From assembly GCA_965214095.1 (NCBI GenBank), contig OZ243938.1:160001-224000 (forward strand): a DNA stretch of 64,000 bases, read 5' to 3'. Below, piece by piece: positions 10,346-18,737 of the stretch. The DNA comes from Candidatus Poribacteria bacterium. GTDB taxonomy: Bacteria; Poribacteria; WGA-4E; WGA-3G. The translations under genes were made by a program, and so were the position numbers. The notes beneath the pieces are model-generated. The model ran no database searches. It was not told the origin of the DNA and saw only the letters and a program-made list of their open reading frames with translations. Each line of letters opens with the position of its first letter. Positions within the stretch are counted from its first letter, which is position 1.

Positions 10346-11479
10346 ATGAAAATAACCAAAGTAAAAACATTTGTTTCCGCATCTGGACATTTTTTCGTCA
10401 AAGTGGAAACTGATGCCGGAATATACGGTGTCGGTGAAGGTGGTATTAGACGACGGGCAATCGCATTAGCTGAAGTAGTCCGTTCTTTTGATCCTATTCT
10501 CATCGGAACAGATCCGTTTCAGATTGAACACCTATGGCAAGTTATGTTCAGGGGTGGATTTTTCCCTGGTGGTGTTGTTCAATCCGCAGCAGTCAGTGCT
10601 GTTGACATCGCACTGTGGGACATCAAAGGAAAAGCACTAAATGTACCTGTCTATGAACTCTTAGGGGGACGAACAAGAGACAAAGTCGTCTGTTATCCAC
10701 ATAATGGTGGTGGAAATTTAGATGCACTTGTTGAAAGTTGTAAACAGACCTATGAAGCAGGATGGAAATTCGTCCGATGGGGTTTAGCTGATAGAACAGG
10801 TTCAGGCACTTATGAACCACGACGTGCTGTACAATTTGGATTGGAAGAGGTGCAAGCAGTTCGTGAAGCATTGGGAGAGGAAGTAAACATCCTCGTAGAT
10901 GTACATACACGTCTGGACCCTGCAGATAGCCTTGATTTTTGTTCCAAAGTTGAACAATACAATCCATTCTTTATTGAAGATCCTCTACGAAGTGAAAACA
11001 CTGCAAGTCTCAGAAGGTTGCGCCAACAAACATCTGTACCCATTGCGGTTGGTGAACAATATGACAGTAAATGGAAATTCAGGGAAGTTATTGAAGAAGA
11101 CCTATTGGATTATTGTCGTGTTGACCTATGTATTGCTGGTGGATTGACAGAAGCACGTAAGATCGCAGGATGGTGTGAAACGCATTACATTCATTTAGCA
11201 CCACATAATCCACTCGGACCCGTTTCTACCGCAGCCTGTCTACAACTTTGTTTAGCATCATCACTTGTAGGTGTGCAGGAACTTCCTCGCGCCCCCATGT
11301 CTTCTCTTACCGATGTCTTTCCCGTTCAAGTGCCTTTTGAATCTGGTTACCTATTACCTCCAGAATCCCCTGGACTCGGCATTGAATTCAACGAGGACGC
11401 ACTTACTAATGTATCAACATTAGATTTCAGTCCTCCACACGGCTATCAAAGAGAGGATGGTTCTTATACAAATTGGTAA
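10346..11479 (+). CDS. Mandelate racemase/enolase superfamily sugar-acid dehydratase (DgoD-like)
   Basis: AVDIALWDIKGKALNVPVYELLGG, DVHTR, FIEDP, VGEQ, APHNPLGP. Confidence 0.88.
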   Translation: MKITKVKTFVSASGHFFVKVETDAGIYGVGEGGIRRRAIALAEVVRSFDPILIGTDPFQIEHLWQVMFRGGFFPGGVVQSAAVSAVDIALWDIKGKALNVPVYELLGGRTRDKVVCYPHNGGGNLDALVESCKQTYEAGWKFVRWGLADRTGSGTYEPRRAVQFGLEEVQAVREALGEEVNILVDVHTRLDPADSLDFCSKVEQYNPFFIEDPLRSENTASLRRLRQQTSVPIAVGEQYDSKWKFREVIEEDLLDYCRVDLCIAGGLTEARKIAGWCETHYIHLAPHNPLGPVSTAACLQLCLASSLVGVQELPRAPMSSLTDVFPVQVPFESGYLLPPESPGLGIEFNEDALTNVSTLDFSPPHGYQREDGSYTNW

Positions 11480-11548
11480 AAAATTTAGGTCAACATTGAA
11501 CTTTTTGTAAACGACTATTCGTACAACATATTTTAATGGAGAAAATAA

Positions 11549-12739
11549 ATGACAACAACAGATATTAAAGAAATGGCAACGGAATATATTATTAACACTT
11601 ATGGAGACAGAAGTCTTGCCTTCGTCAAAGGTGAAGGTCCCTATCTATGGGATGCAGAAGGTAAGAAATATCTCGATTTCTTAGGTGGCTTAGCAGTTAA
11701 CGGATTAGGGCATGCACATCCAAAGGTTGTTGCAGCAATACGCGAGCAAGCAGGAAATATCCTCCACACCTCCAACCTATATTACATACAACCACAAGCA
11801 GAATTAGCAAAACTACTCATTGATAATTCTGATATGGATCAATGTTTCTTCTGTAATAGTGGTGCTGAGGCGAATGAAGCGGCGATCAAATTGGCACGGA
11901 AATATACGAAAGACAAGGGTAGAACAGATGCCTACGAAATCATTACAATGGACAATTCGTTTCACGGACGAACAATGGCTACCATTACTGCCACTGCACA
12001 GACAAAATATCACGTTGGATTTGAACCGATGCTTGAAGGTTTCACCTACGTTCCTTTTGATGATTTAGAAGCAACGGAATCTGCAATTAACGACAAAATC
12101 TGCGCTATCTTAGTAGAACCGATCCAGTCAGAGGGTGGGGTTAATATCCCAAGTGATGGATATCTACACGGATTACGTGAACTCTGTGATAAAAATAACC
12201 TGCTGCTGATATTTGACGAAGTCCAAACAGCGATGGGAAGATTAGGGACATTTTTCGGTTACCAGAGTTACGGTGTAGTACCTGACGTAATTACCATGGC
12301 AAAAGCACTCGGAAGTGGAGTTCCTATCGGGGTAATGTTAGCCAAACGCGATGTTGCAGAGAGTTTCGTTCCTGGCACACACGCAGCTACTTTTGGTGGA
12401 AATTTCTTATCCTCTGCCGCAGCAGTTGCGACAGTAAGAACTATATTAGATGAGAACCTTGCAGTAAATGCCGTGAAAATGGGGAACTATCTCGCAGGTG
12501 GTCTCATGGAACTCAAAGATAAGTATCCGATAAAAGAGGTGCGTGGGAAAGGATTGCTACGTGGTCTTGTAATGGAAGAGGACGCAAAACCACTCGCAGC
12601 GAAATGCATTGAAAATGGCTTAGTAACAATATGTACCAACGATTATGTCCTCCGTTTTCTACCGCCTCTTAATATCAACAATTCACATGTTGAGGAAGCA
12701 GTGAATCTCGTTGAAAAATCCATGTCTGAGGTCTACTAA
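11549..12739 (+). CDS. argD: Acetylornithine aminotransferase
   Basis: FFCNSGAEANEAAIKLAR, SFHGRT, LIFDEVQT, TMAKALG (PLP lysine), HAATFGGN. Confidence 0.9.
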   Translation: MTTTDIKEMATEYIINTYGDRSLAFVKGEGPYLWDAEGKKYLDFLGGLAVNGLGHAHPKVVAAIREQAGNILHTSNLYYIQPQAELAKLLIDNSDMDQCFFCNSGAEANEAAIKLARKYTKDKGRTDAYEIITMDNSFHGRTMATITATAQTKYHVGFEPMLEGFTYVPFDDLEATESAINDKICAILVEPIQSEGGVNIPSDGYLHGLRELCDKNNLLLIFDEVQTAMGRLGTFFGYQSYGVVPDVITMAKALGSGVPIGVMLAKRDVAESFVPGTHAATFGGNFLSSAAAVATVRTILDENLAVNAVKMGNYLAGGLMELKDKYPIKEVRGKGLLRGLVMEEDAKPLAAKCIENGLVTICTNDYVLRFLPPLNINNSHVEEAVNLVEKSMSEVY

Positions 12740-12930
12740 GTCAATAACCCCGTGCTAAAGCATCGGGGCTTGTGCGAAGCGCATGCCAAGCGTTCACTCC
12801 ACAAGTTAAACTATTTTCTACAGTCATATATCGGGTGTTCTGAACGTGGCAGTCCAATGTATGTTTCGGATGCTCCCCAAGTCCGATTCCTCTACGAATA
12901 CCCGATCTGGATGGGGCAATATATACTCTT
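12740..12930 (+). ncRNA. omegaRNA (OMEGA/HEARO-like) scaffold
   Basis: Stems CTTGTG/CACAAG, ATCGGGTGTTC(12830-40)/GAATACCCGAT(12896-906) and TCGGA/TCCGA. The loop CCCCA is complementary to TGGGG(12912-16), giving a pseudoknot. Located between the element end and isrB. The 3' boundary is approximate. Confidence 0.8.
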
Positions 12931-12943
12931 CGGAGGTTTACAC

Positions 12944-13951
12944 ATCTTAGTTCCAGTAGTAGACAAAAATCAACACCCTCTCATGCCTACAAAACCCTCA
13001 CGGGCGAGGCGTTGGATACAAACAGGGAAAGCGACACCCTTTTGGAATAATGGTATATTTTGCGTCCGACTCAATGTTGATCCATCAGACACTGAACTCC
13101 AAGACATAGTGGTTGGTGTGGATCCTGGTAGTAAGAAAGAAGGCTTTAGTGTGAAATCAGAGAAAAGGACTTATCTGAATGTGCAAGCGGACGCACATAA
13201 CAAGGTTGGTAAAAAGGTTGAAAAAAGACGTGAACTTCGTAGATGTAGGCGTTCACGGAAGTGTCCTAATCGGAAAAATAGGACAAACAAACTTGCTAAC
13301 AGAGAACGTCTACCTGCTGGCACGCGTGCGAGATGGGATTGGAAGTTAAGGGTACTTAATTGGTTATCTAAACTCTATCCTATTAGTCATGTATGTGTAG
13401 AAGACATCAAAGCACGGACTATCAAACGCGCTAAAAAGTGGAATCAATCTTTTAGTCCATTGGAAGTTGGTAAGCAGTGGTTCTATACTGAAATCAAGAA
13501 GCGATGGCACCTGCTAACACTCCAAGGATACGAAACAAAGGAAATCCGTGATAGGCTTGGGTTGAAAAAGTCTAAACAGAAGTTAGCAGAAACCTTTGAC
13601 ACACATTGTGTGGATAGTTGGTGTCTTGCTTATCATACTGTCGGCGGTGATAGCATACCAGATACGACAGATATATTCTGTATATCACCCATACCGATAG
13701 CCAGACGCAATCTACACAGAGAACAACCGAAAAAAGGGGGTATCCGTTCACGATATGGTGGCACTTTGCTAAAAGAAGGATTGGTCAAGAACACACTTGT
13801 CAAGCATATCAAATATGGATTGACAAGATTAGCAGGTGTCAACGCAAAAGGATTGTTTTCAATCTATAGCATTGATGGGGAACGATTGACAACGGGTGCA
13901 AAACAAAGAGATTTCAAGGTGTTAACTAAACTAAACTTTCAATATAGATAG
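12944..13951 (+). CDS. isrB: IsrB RNA-guided nickase (PLMP/RRXRR + split RuvC, no HNH)
   Basis: VPVVDKNQHPLMPT (PLMP), GVDPGSK (RuvC-I), RRELRRCRRSRK (bridge helix), CVEDI (RuvC-II), THCVDS (RuvC-III); no HNH between RuvC-II and III; about 335 aa from the ATC placed after GGAGG. Confidence 0.88.
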   Translation: MLVPVVDKNQHPLMPTKPSRARRWIQTGKATPFWNNGIFCVRLNVDPSDTELQDIVVGVDPGSKKEGFSVKSEKRTYLNVQADAHNKVGKKVEKRRELRRCRRSRKCPNRKNRTNKLANRERLPAGTRARWDWKLRVLNWLSKLYPISHVCVEDIKARTIKRAKKWNQSFSPLEVGKQWFYTEIKKRWHLLTLQGYETKEIRDRLGLKKSKQKLAETFDTHCVDSWCLAYHTVGGDSIPDTTDIFCISPIPIARRNLHREQPKKGGIRSRYGGTLLKEGLVKNTLVKHIKYGLTRLAGVNAKGLFSIYSIDGERLTTGAKQRDFKVLTKLNFQYR

Positions 13952-14005
13952 GAACGGGCATTTCTCCCCGTGCTAAAGCAGCGGGGTCTCCTGCCCGATG
14001 ATTAG

Positions 14006-14866
14006 ATGAGAAACCATCAGAATAATGGAATTCTAATTTTGTTAGGTATTTCGTTCTTATGTATATGTACATTCAATCTTGGTTGCAGTATAAAGAATAC
14101 AAACGTCAGATGGTCCCCTATGGAAATGTCCGACTTTGAACCACATTTAGCAACACTACAAGCACGATATGACCTAACTGAAACGTTAAAATCCACTAAG
14201 ATGATGGTAACTATTCAGGAAGCTGACAATAGTCCTGAAGAACTCCGCGAACTGTTATGGTATAAAAAGACTTCAGATGGTGGGGAACTACTCAGAATCA
14301 ATGTATTAGGAGCATTCAACGATACCAAGGGATTAGCAATCGCAAATAAAGAAAAATTCCTTTTAACGCTCCTTGATGAACAAAAAACATACATCGGTGA
14401 ATTAAACGATGGAATATTAAGAGAGATCTTTGGTGTAGACCTACGTGTTTCAGACGTTCTTAGTGCTATCTTTGCCAATCCTTTTCTTGATGGACGAAAT
14501 GCATCATTAGAGTTAGAGAAATACGGAAAAATAATCCGTGTCACTAGACCGGGGGTTGGAACCGATTACAAAGAGACCATTTTGCTCAAAGTTCAAGAAG
14601 ATGAACCACACGTAACAGAATGGAAAATTGAGAACGAAAACGGGGTACTACAACAAGTTACATTTGCTGATTATAGAGATGTTGATGGTATCTTACGGGC
14701 TAACAAGGTTGAAATAATCCGGCCACCAGAACAGACACGTGTCGTTGTCAGAATAGAACAAGTTCAGCATCACATAGATATAAAAGACAGCAAATTTAAC
14801 TTAGACCCATTCTTATCCGACGATTTTGAGATTATAACCATTTCAAATGAAGACGAACCAGAATGA
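14006..14866 (+). CDS. Lipoprotein, LolA/LolB-like fold (DUF4292-like)
   Basis: Hydrophobic N-terminus with lipobox-like LGC; VTFADYRDVDG motif; sits in the lolB position upstream of ispE. Confidence 0.55.
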   Translation: MRNHQNNGILILLGISFLCICTFNLGCSIKNTNVRWSPMEMSDFEPHLATLQARYDLTETLKSTKMMVTIQEADNSPEELRELLWYKKTSDGGELLRINVLGAFNDTKGLAIANKEKFLLTLLDEQKTYIGELNDGILREIFGVDLRVSDVLSAIFANPFLDGRNASLELEKYGKIIRVTRPGVGTDYKETILLKVQEDEPHVTEWKIENENGVLQQVTFADYRDVDGILRANKVEIIRPPEQTRVVVRIEQVQHHIDIKDSKFNLDPFLSDDFEIITISNEDEPE

Positions 14867-15744
14867 ATAAACTGAAGGAACTTAGACTTCGTGCCTATGC
14901 AAAAATCAACCTATATCTGGATGTACTAAGTAAGCGCGAGGACGGATACCACAACATTGAAACGGTTTTTCATTCAATTGGTTTGCACGACGAGGTAATT
15001 CTACGCGAACGATCAAAAACAGGTATTACCATCTCATGCAATCACCCTGATGTCCCTAACGATTCAACAAACATTGCATTTCGTGCAGCAGAATTTATAC
15101 GCGATGTAGTTGGTGGGATAGGAGGATTAGAGATACAGATAAACAAGCGAATACCTGTTGCCGCAGGGCTTGCAGGGGGAAGTGCAGATGCTGCCGCTGT
15201 CCTATACGGAGTAAATGAATTATTCCAATTGGGATTATCTTATCAAAAGTTGTTAGAAATAGGTGCAAAATTAGGGGCTGATGTTCCTTTCTGTCTAAAC
15301 GGTGGCGCAGCTTTTGGAACAGGCATTGGAGATATTCTAACACCCTTATCACCGCTCGTTGATCTGCCTCTTCTTCTCATTAACCCTGGTATAACTATCT
15401 CAACTGCAGACATATTCAATAATTTGCATATTCCCTTGACAAAACGAGAAAATGGAAGTATAATTATCAGGAAATATGTTGAAAAGGCTGATATGTTTGG
15501 TGTTGCGAACTACTTGTATAATGTTTTGGAACCACAAGTGTTTCACATACACCCTGAATTAGCGAATTTGAAAACCCAGTTATCTACGCAGACTGGTTGC
15601 TGTGGTGCATTGATGTCAGGTAGTGGTGCTACAATATTTGCAATCATGCGTGACATTGAAACTGCACAACGATGCAGGTCACACTTCAAAAACATTGTCA
15701 GTTTTTGCACGATTACTACTACCAATCCAATTGGGGTTGAGTAA
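14863..15744 (+). CDS. ispE: 4-diphosphocytidyl-2-C-methyl-D-erythritol kinase
   Basis: AKINLYL, DGYHNIET, KRIPVAAGLAGGSADAA, LGADVPF, LMSGSG. Confidence 0.95.
   Translation: MNKLKELRLRAYAKINLYLDVLSKREDGYHNIETVFHSIGLHDEVILRERSKTGITISCNHPDVPNDSTNIAFRAAEFIRDVVGGIGGLEIQINKRIPVAAGLAGGSADAAAVLYGVNELFQLGLSYQKLLEIGAKLGADVPFCLNGGAAFGTGIGDILTPLSPLVDLPLLLINPGITISTADIFNNLHIPLTKRENGSIIIRKYVEKADMFGVANYLYNVLEPQVFHIHPELANLKTQLSTQTGCCGALMSGSGATIFAIMRDIETAQRCRSHFKNIVSFCTITTTNPIGVE
15436..15464 (+). promoter_or_regulatory. Consensus sigma70 promoter inside ispE
   Basis: TTGACA-17 nt-TATAAT within the coding sequence. Confidence 0.7.
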
Positions 15745-15769
15745 CAGTATCTAAATATCTATATATTTC

Positions 15770-15798
15770 TTGATAACTTTGTTGATATATGTTACAAT
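15770..15798 (+). promoter_or_regulatory. Sigma70 promoter with extended -10, upstream of the structured leader and tRNA-Gln
   Basis: TTGATA-17 nt-TACAAT with TGn extension. Confidence 0.7.
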
Positions 15799-15806
15799 AA
15801 TGAGAC

Positions 15807-16002
15807 ATTGTTTGCGGTATTTTTAGGCGATAACCAAGCCTATTTTATCAAAAACCACGATAAAACAGGATATTCGCAAACAATTAAGCGCATTTCTGAT
15901 AATTCAGAAGTGCTTTGGGAGATAGCCCTTGGTTGCTTTTTAAGCAATCTGCAAACCGTCTAAGAAGTGAAATGCATAGCATGGCGCGGAAATGGACGGG
16001 TT
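15807..16002 (+). ncRNA. Candidate structured RNA / leader of unknown class
   Basis: A 10-bp stem encloses two hairpins with 9-nt AACCA loops, followed by three further stems; see findings. Confidence 0.4.
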
Positions 16003-16030
16003 AATACTATCAGTTCGTATTGATAATTGA

Positions 16031-16102
16031 AGGGCGGTGGCCAAGCGGTAAGGCACAGGTCTTTGGAATCTGCATGCGTAGGTTCGAATCCTACCCGCCC
16101 TG
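16031..16102 (+). tRNA. tRNA-Gln(TTG)
   Basis: Acceptor AGGGCGG/CCGCCCT, D-arm GCCAAGCGGTAAGGC, anticodon arm CAGGT-CTTTGGA-ATCTG, T-arm GTAGG-TTCGAAT-CCTAC, G discriminator; CCA not encoded. Confidence 0.95.
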
Positions 16103-16135
16103 TTTATATTTCACAAAAAGGTTTAAAAGAACAAA

Positions 16136-16867
16136 ATGCAACAAGCAAATTTAGAAGTTCAACAAAGAGACACTTTTGGAAAACAGAGCGCGCGAGCAAT
16201 ACGACGTGCTGGTGATATACCCGCAGTTGTTTATGGTCGTAAACAGGAAACAATCCCGTTAAAAATTAATGAACGCGCATTGAAAAAGTTCCTACGCGCC
16301 TATGGTGAGAACGTCATCATTAACATTGAAGTAACTGAAGGCAATTCAGAGCCAGTTGTCATTAAAGAAATACAACGTGATCCTGTTGAGAAACAGATGC
16401 TACTTCATGCCGATTTTATACGCATTTCTTTAGATGAACCTGTTACCTCTTCTGTTCCAATAATATTAGTCGGCACACCTATTGGTCTGCAAGAGGGTGG
16501 TGTTATTGAATTCCCACTCCGTGTACTCACTCTTAATTGTTTACCTGCTATAATGCCTAACGAAATCACTGTTGATGTTACTAATATGGATATTGGTGAT
16601 ATAATCTATGTTCAAGATATTGAACTTGATGAGGAAATTGAGCTATTAGATGAACTTCAACGTATGATCGTGTCTGTAAGCCAACCACGCGTAATTGTGG
16701 AAGAAGTTGTTGAGGTAGAAGAAGGTGAGGAAGGCGAAGAAGGTGAGGAAGGTGAAGAAGGTGAAGAACGCGCAGAAGGTGAAGATACTAAATCTGATGA
16801 TGCCGAAGAAGAACGGACTGAACCTGAGCTAATTTCACGCAGGCGACGTAAAGACGACGATGAATAG
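16136..16867 (+). CDS. rplY: 50S ribosomal protein L25/general stress protein Ctc (long form)
   Basis: GKQSARAIRRAGDIPAVVYG, IQRDPV..LLHADF, acidic EEG tail. Confidence 0.95.
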   Translation: MQQANLEVQQRDTFGKQSARAIRRAGDIPAVVYGRKQETIPLKINERALKKFLRAYGENVIINIEVTEGNSEPVVIKEIQRDPVEKQMLLHADFIRISLDEPVTSSVPIILVGTPIGLQEGGVIEFPLRVLTLNCLPAIMPNEITVDVTNMDIGDIIYVQDIELDEEIELLDELQRMIVSVSQPRVIVEEVVEVEEGEEGEEGEEGEEGEERAEGEDTKSDDAEEERTEPELISRRRRKDDDE

Positions 16868-16875
16868 TTTAAAAT

Positions 16876-18039
16876 ATGTGGGTACGCTTATTTAATTCAT
16901 CAACACTCCTTCTATTCATTTCTATAGCATTCGTAACGCACGGTTTTGCACAAGCATCAACCGTGCGTTTTGTTAATGCACAGGGGGAAACAATTGCAGA
17001 AGAGGAATCCGTTCAACATAATGAAATAACTTACCTACCTGTTGATATACTCAAATCAGTTATAGATCCAAATTTACAATCAGAATATCATCGTCCTCGC
17101 AAACAACTTACTTTAAAAACTAAAGATAAATTAATTCAAATTGGCATAGGCAAGACCTCTATTACAATTGACCCCGGTAAACAAACACATACAATGTCTG
17201 TACCTCCTCGTGTTCTTCAAGGTCAACCGATGTTGCCAATCGCTTTTTTTACTGAAATACTCCCCAAAATAGATGATGTAGAGGTGCAATTCAACACCAA
17301 CCTTCAACGTATAAGAATTATACCTAAGACTGTTTGGGAACCACAGCTAACCGATGAAAAACGTGAACTGACAATCATTATCGATCCTGGTCATGGTGGT
17401 GAAGAAGACCTTGGATGTCAAAGTCAGAACGGTCTATTTGAAAAAGATATTGTTCTCACGCTTGCAAAACAGATTAAACAGCAAGTAAAACAAGATGGGT
17501 TTTCAATTATTCTAACTCGTAGCGAAGATACAGTAACAAAACGTATTCGCCGAGTTCAAATATCAAACCAGAATCAAGGACAACTTTTTCTGAGTTTGCA
17601 CTGCAATGCGTCTTATTCCCCATCGAACCAAGGAATTCGGATTTATTTGAACAATCCAAACGGATTGATTCGGTTCAGACAGAGACCAATTCCGTTGTTA
17701 GGAAAAGAAAGTCTTAATATTCTAACACAGGACAATTACTTCAAACAGAGTAAAGATTTTGCTGAAGTCTTGCAGAAAGAATTGAACTTTCATTCAGAAG
17801 AACCCGTTAAAATATTAGAGTTACCCCTCATTTCTCTTTCAGATGTATATATGCCAGCAGTTCAAATAGAACTTGGTTACCTCTCAAATCTTGATGATGT
17901 GACCCGTCTTTCCAACCCCGAACATATTATACAACTCTCTAATGCAATAATCCGAGCAATACAGATATATTCTGTATCTATATATACATCTTCAGTTCCA
18001 AATGATACACCAGCAGAAGACCCGACAGATTCAAATTGA
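16876..18039 (+). CDS. N-acetylmuramoyl-L-alanine amidase (Amidase_3) with N-terminal accessory domain
   Basis: Signal peptide; IIIDPGHGG, EKD, SLHCNA, IELGYLSN. Confidence 0.88.
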   Translation: MWVRLFNSSTLLLFISIAFVTHGFAQASTVRFVNAQGETIAEEESVQHNEITYLPVDILKSVIDPNLQSEYHRPRKQLTLKTKDKLIQIGIGKTSITIDPGKQTHTMSVPPRVLQGQPMLPIAFFTEILPKIDDVEVQFNTNLQRIRIIPKTVWEPQLTDEKRELTIIIDPGHGGEEDLGCQSQNGLFEKDIVLTLAKQIKQQVKQDGFSIILTRSEDTVTKRIRRVQISNQNQGQLFLSLHCNASYSPSNQGIRIYLNNPNGLIRFRQRPIPLLGKESLNILTQDNYFKQSKDFAEVLQKELNFHSEEPVKILELPLISLSDVYMPAVQIELGYLSNLDDVTRLSNPEHIIQLSNAIIRAIQIYSVSIYTSSVPNDTPAEDPTDSN

Positions 18040-18102
18040 TTTGTCATGTCTGAAATACAAGAATCATTCATTAAAAATTCAATAGAATTAATATAGAGTT
18101 GT

Positions 18103-18702
18103 GTGAGCAAGGTCATGAATATTTTGAGAAAAATCCTACATTCAAGACTCTTTATTACATGGTGTATCACATTCGTTGTCATTTTAATATGTCTTTCCAT
18201 ATCGCTCTTGCTAATTTCGCATTCAAAACGAACAATAATTCAGGATGCACCACCGAAACTTCCAGATGTTGCGAACCCTACAGATACTTTGCCAGAATCA
18301 CAACAGATCAACCTATTTCTATTGGAAACTGATGGAACTGAACTAACCCCAAAAAAAGTCGAATTACGACTATTACTTGATACAGCAGAACGTCTAAAAC
18401 AGATAATCACGGCACTTATTAAGGAAACACCACCAAGTTACCGAAATCCTATTCCGCGTGGAACAATCCTAAACCAAGTATACATTGACAATCAGAAGAC
18501 TGCGTATATGGATTTTTCTCACCATCTTGCCTCTGGACAAATTGGAGGGACAACCGCTGAATTTTTGACTATATCTGCAATTCTAAAAACTGTTTTTGAT
18601 GCATTTCCGAAAAAAGTTCTACATATTCAGATTCTGATTGATGGAAAAGAACAAGAGACACTTTCAGGACATATTAACATATCTCAACCCTTACGGTTTT
18701 GA
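18103..18702 (+). CDS. GerMN domain membrane protein
   Basis: N-terminal TM segment; PIPRGT, AYMDFS, GGTTAE, IQILIDGKEQETLSGHI. Confidence 0.85.
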   Translation: MSKVMNILRKILHSRLFITWCITFVVILICLSISLLLISHSKRTIIQDAPPKLPDVANPTDTLPESQQINLFLLETDGTELTPKKVELRLLLDTAERLKQIITALIKETPPSYRNPIPRGTILNQVYIDNQKTAYMDFSHHLASGQIGGTTAEFLTISAILKTVFDAFPKKVLHIQILIDGKEQETLSGHINISQPLRF

Positions 18703-18737
18703 GTAAAACTAACATAAAGATAAGATAGGTTCATATC

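Larger units (their letters stand above)
12740..13997 (+). mobile_element. Non-autonomous IS200/IS605-superfamily element carrying omegaRNA + isrB
   Basis: Starts GTCAATAACCCCGTGCTAAAGCATCGGGG immediately after the argD TAA. Ends with the matching hairpin CGGGCATTTCTCCCCGTGCTAAAGCAGCGGGGTCTCCTGCCCG. No TSD and no tnpA. Confidence 0.88.

Noticed and set aside
12752-12943. N-terminal 64 aa of the 399-aa ORF
   Set aside because: They overlap the element end and omegaRNA stems; PLMP domains sit at the N-terminus, and the SD points to 12944.
12944-13951. IscB, Cas9 or TnpB assignment
   Set aside because: No HNH between RuvC-II and III, too small for Cas9, no CRISPR array, and PLMP is not a TnpB feature.
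16715-16790. GAAGGTGAG/GAA tandem repeat
   Set aside because: It encodes the acidic EEG tail that is normal for long-form L25/Ctc.
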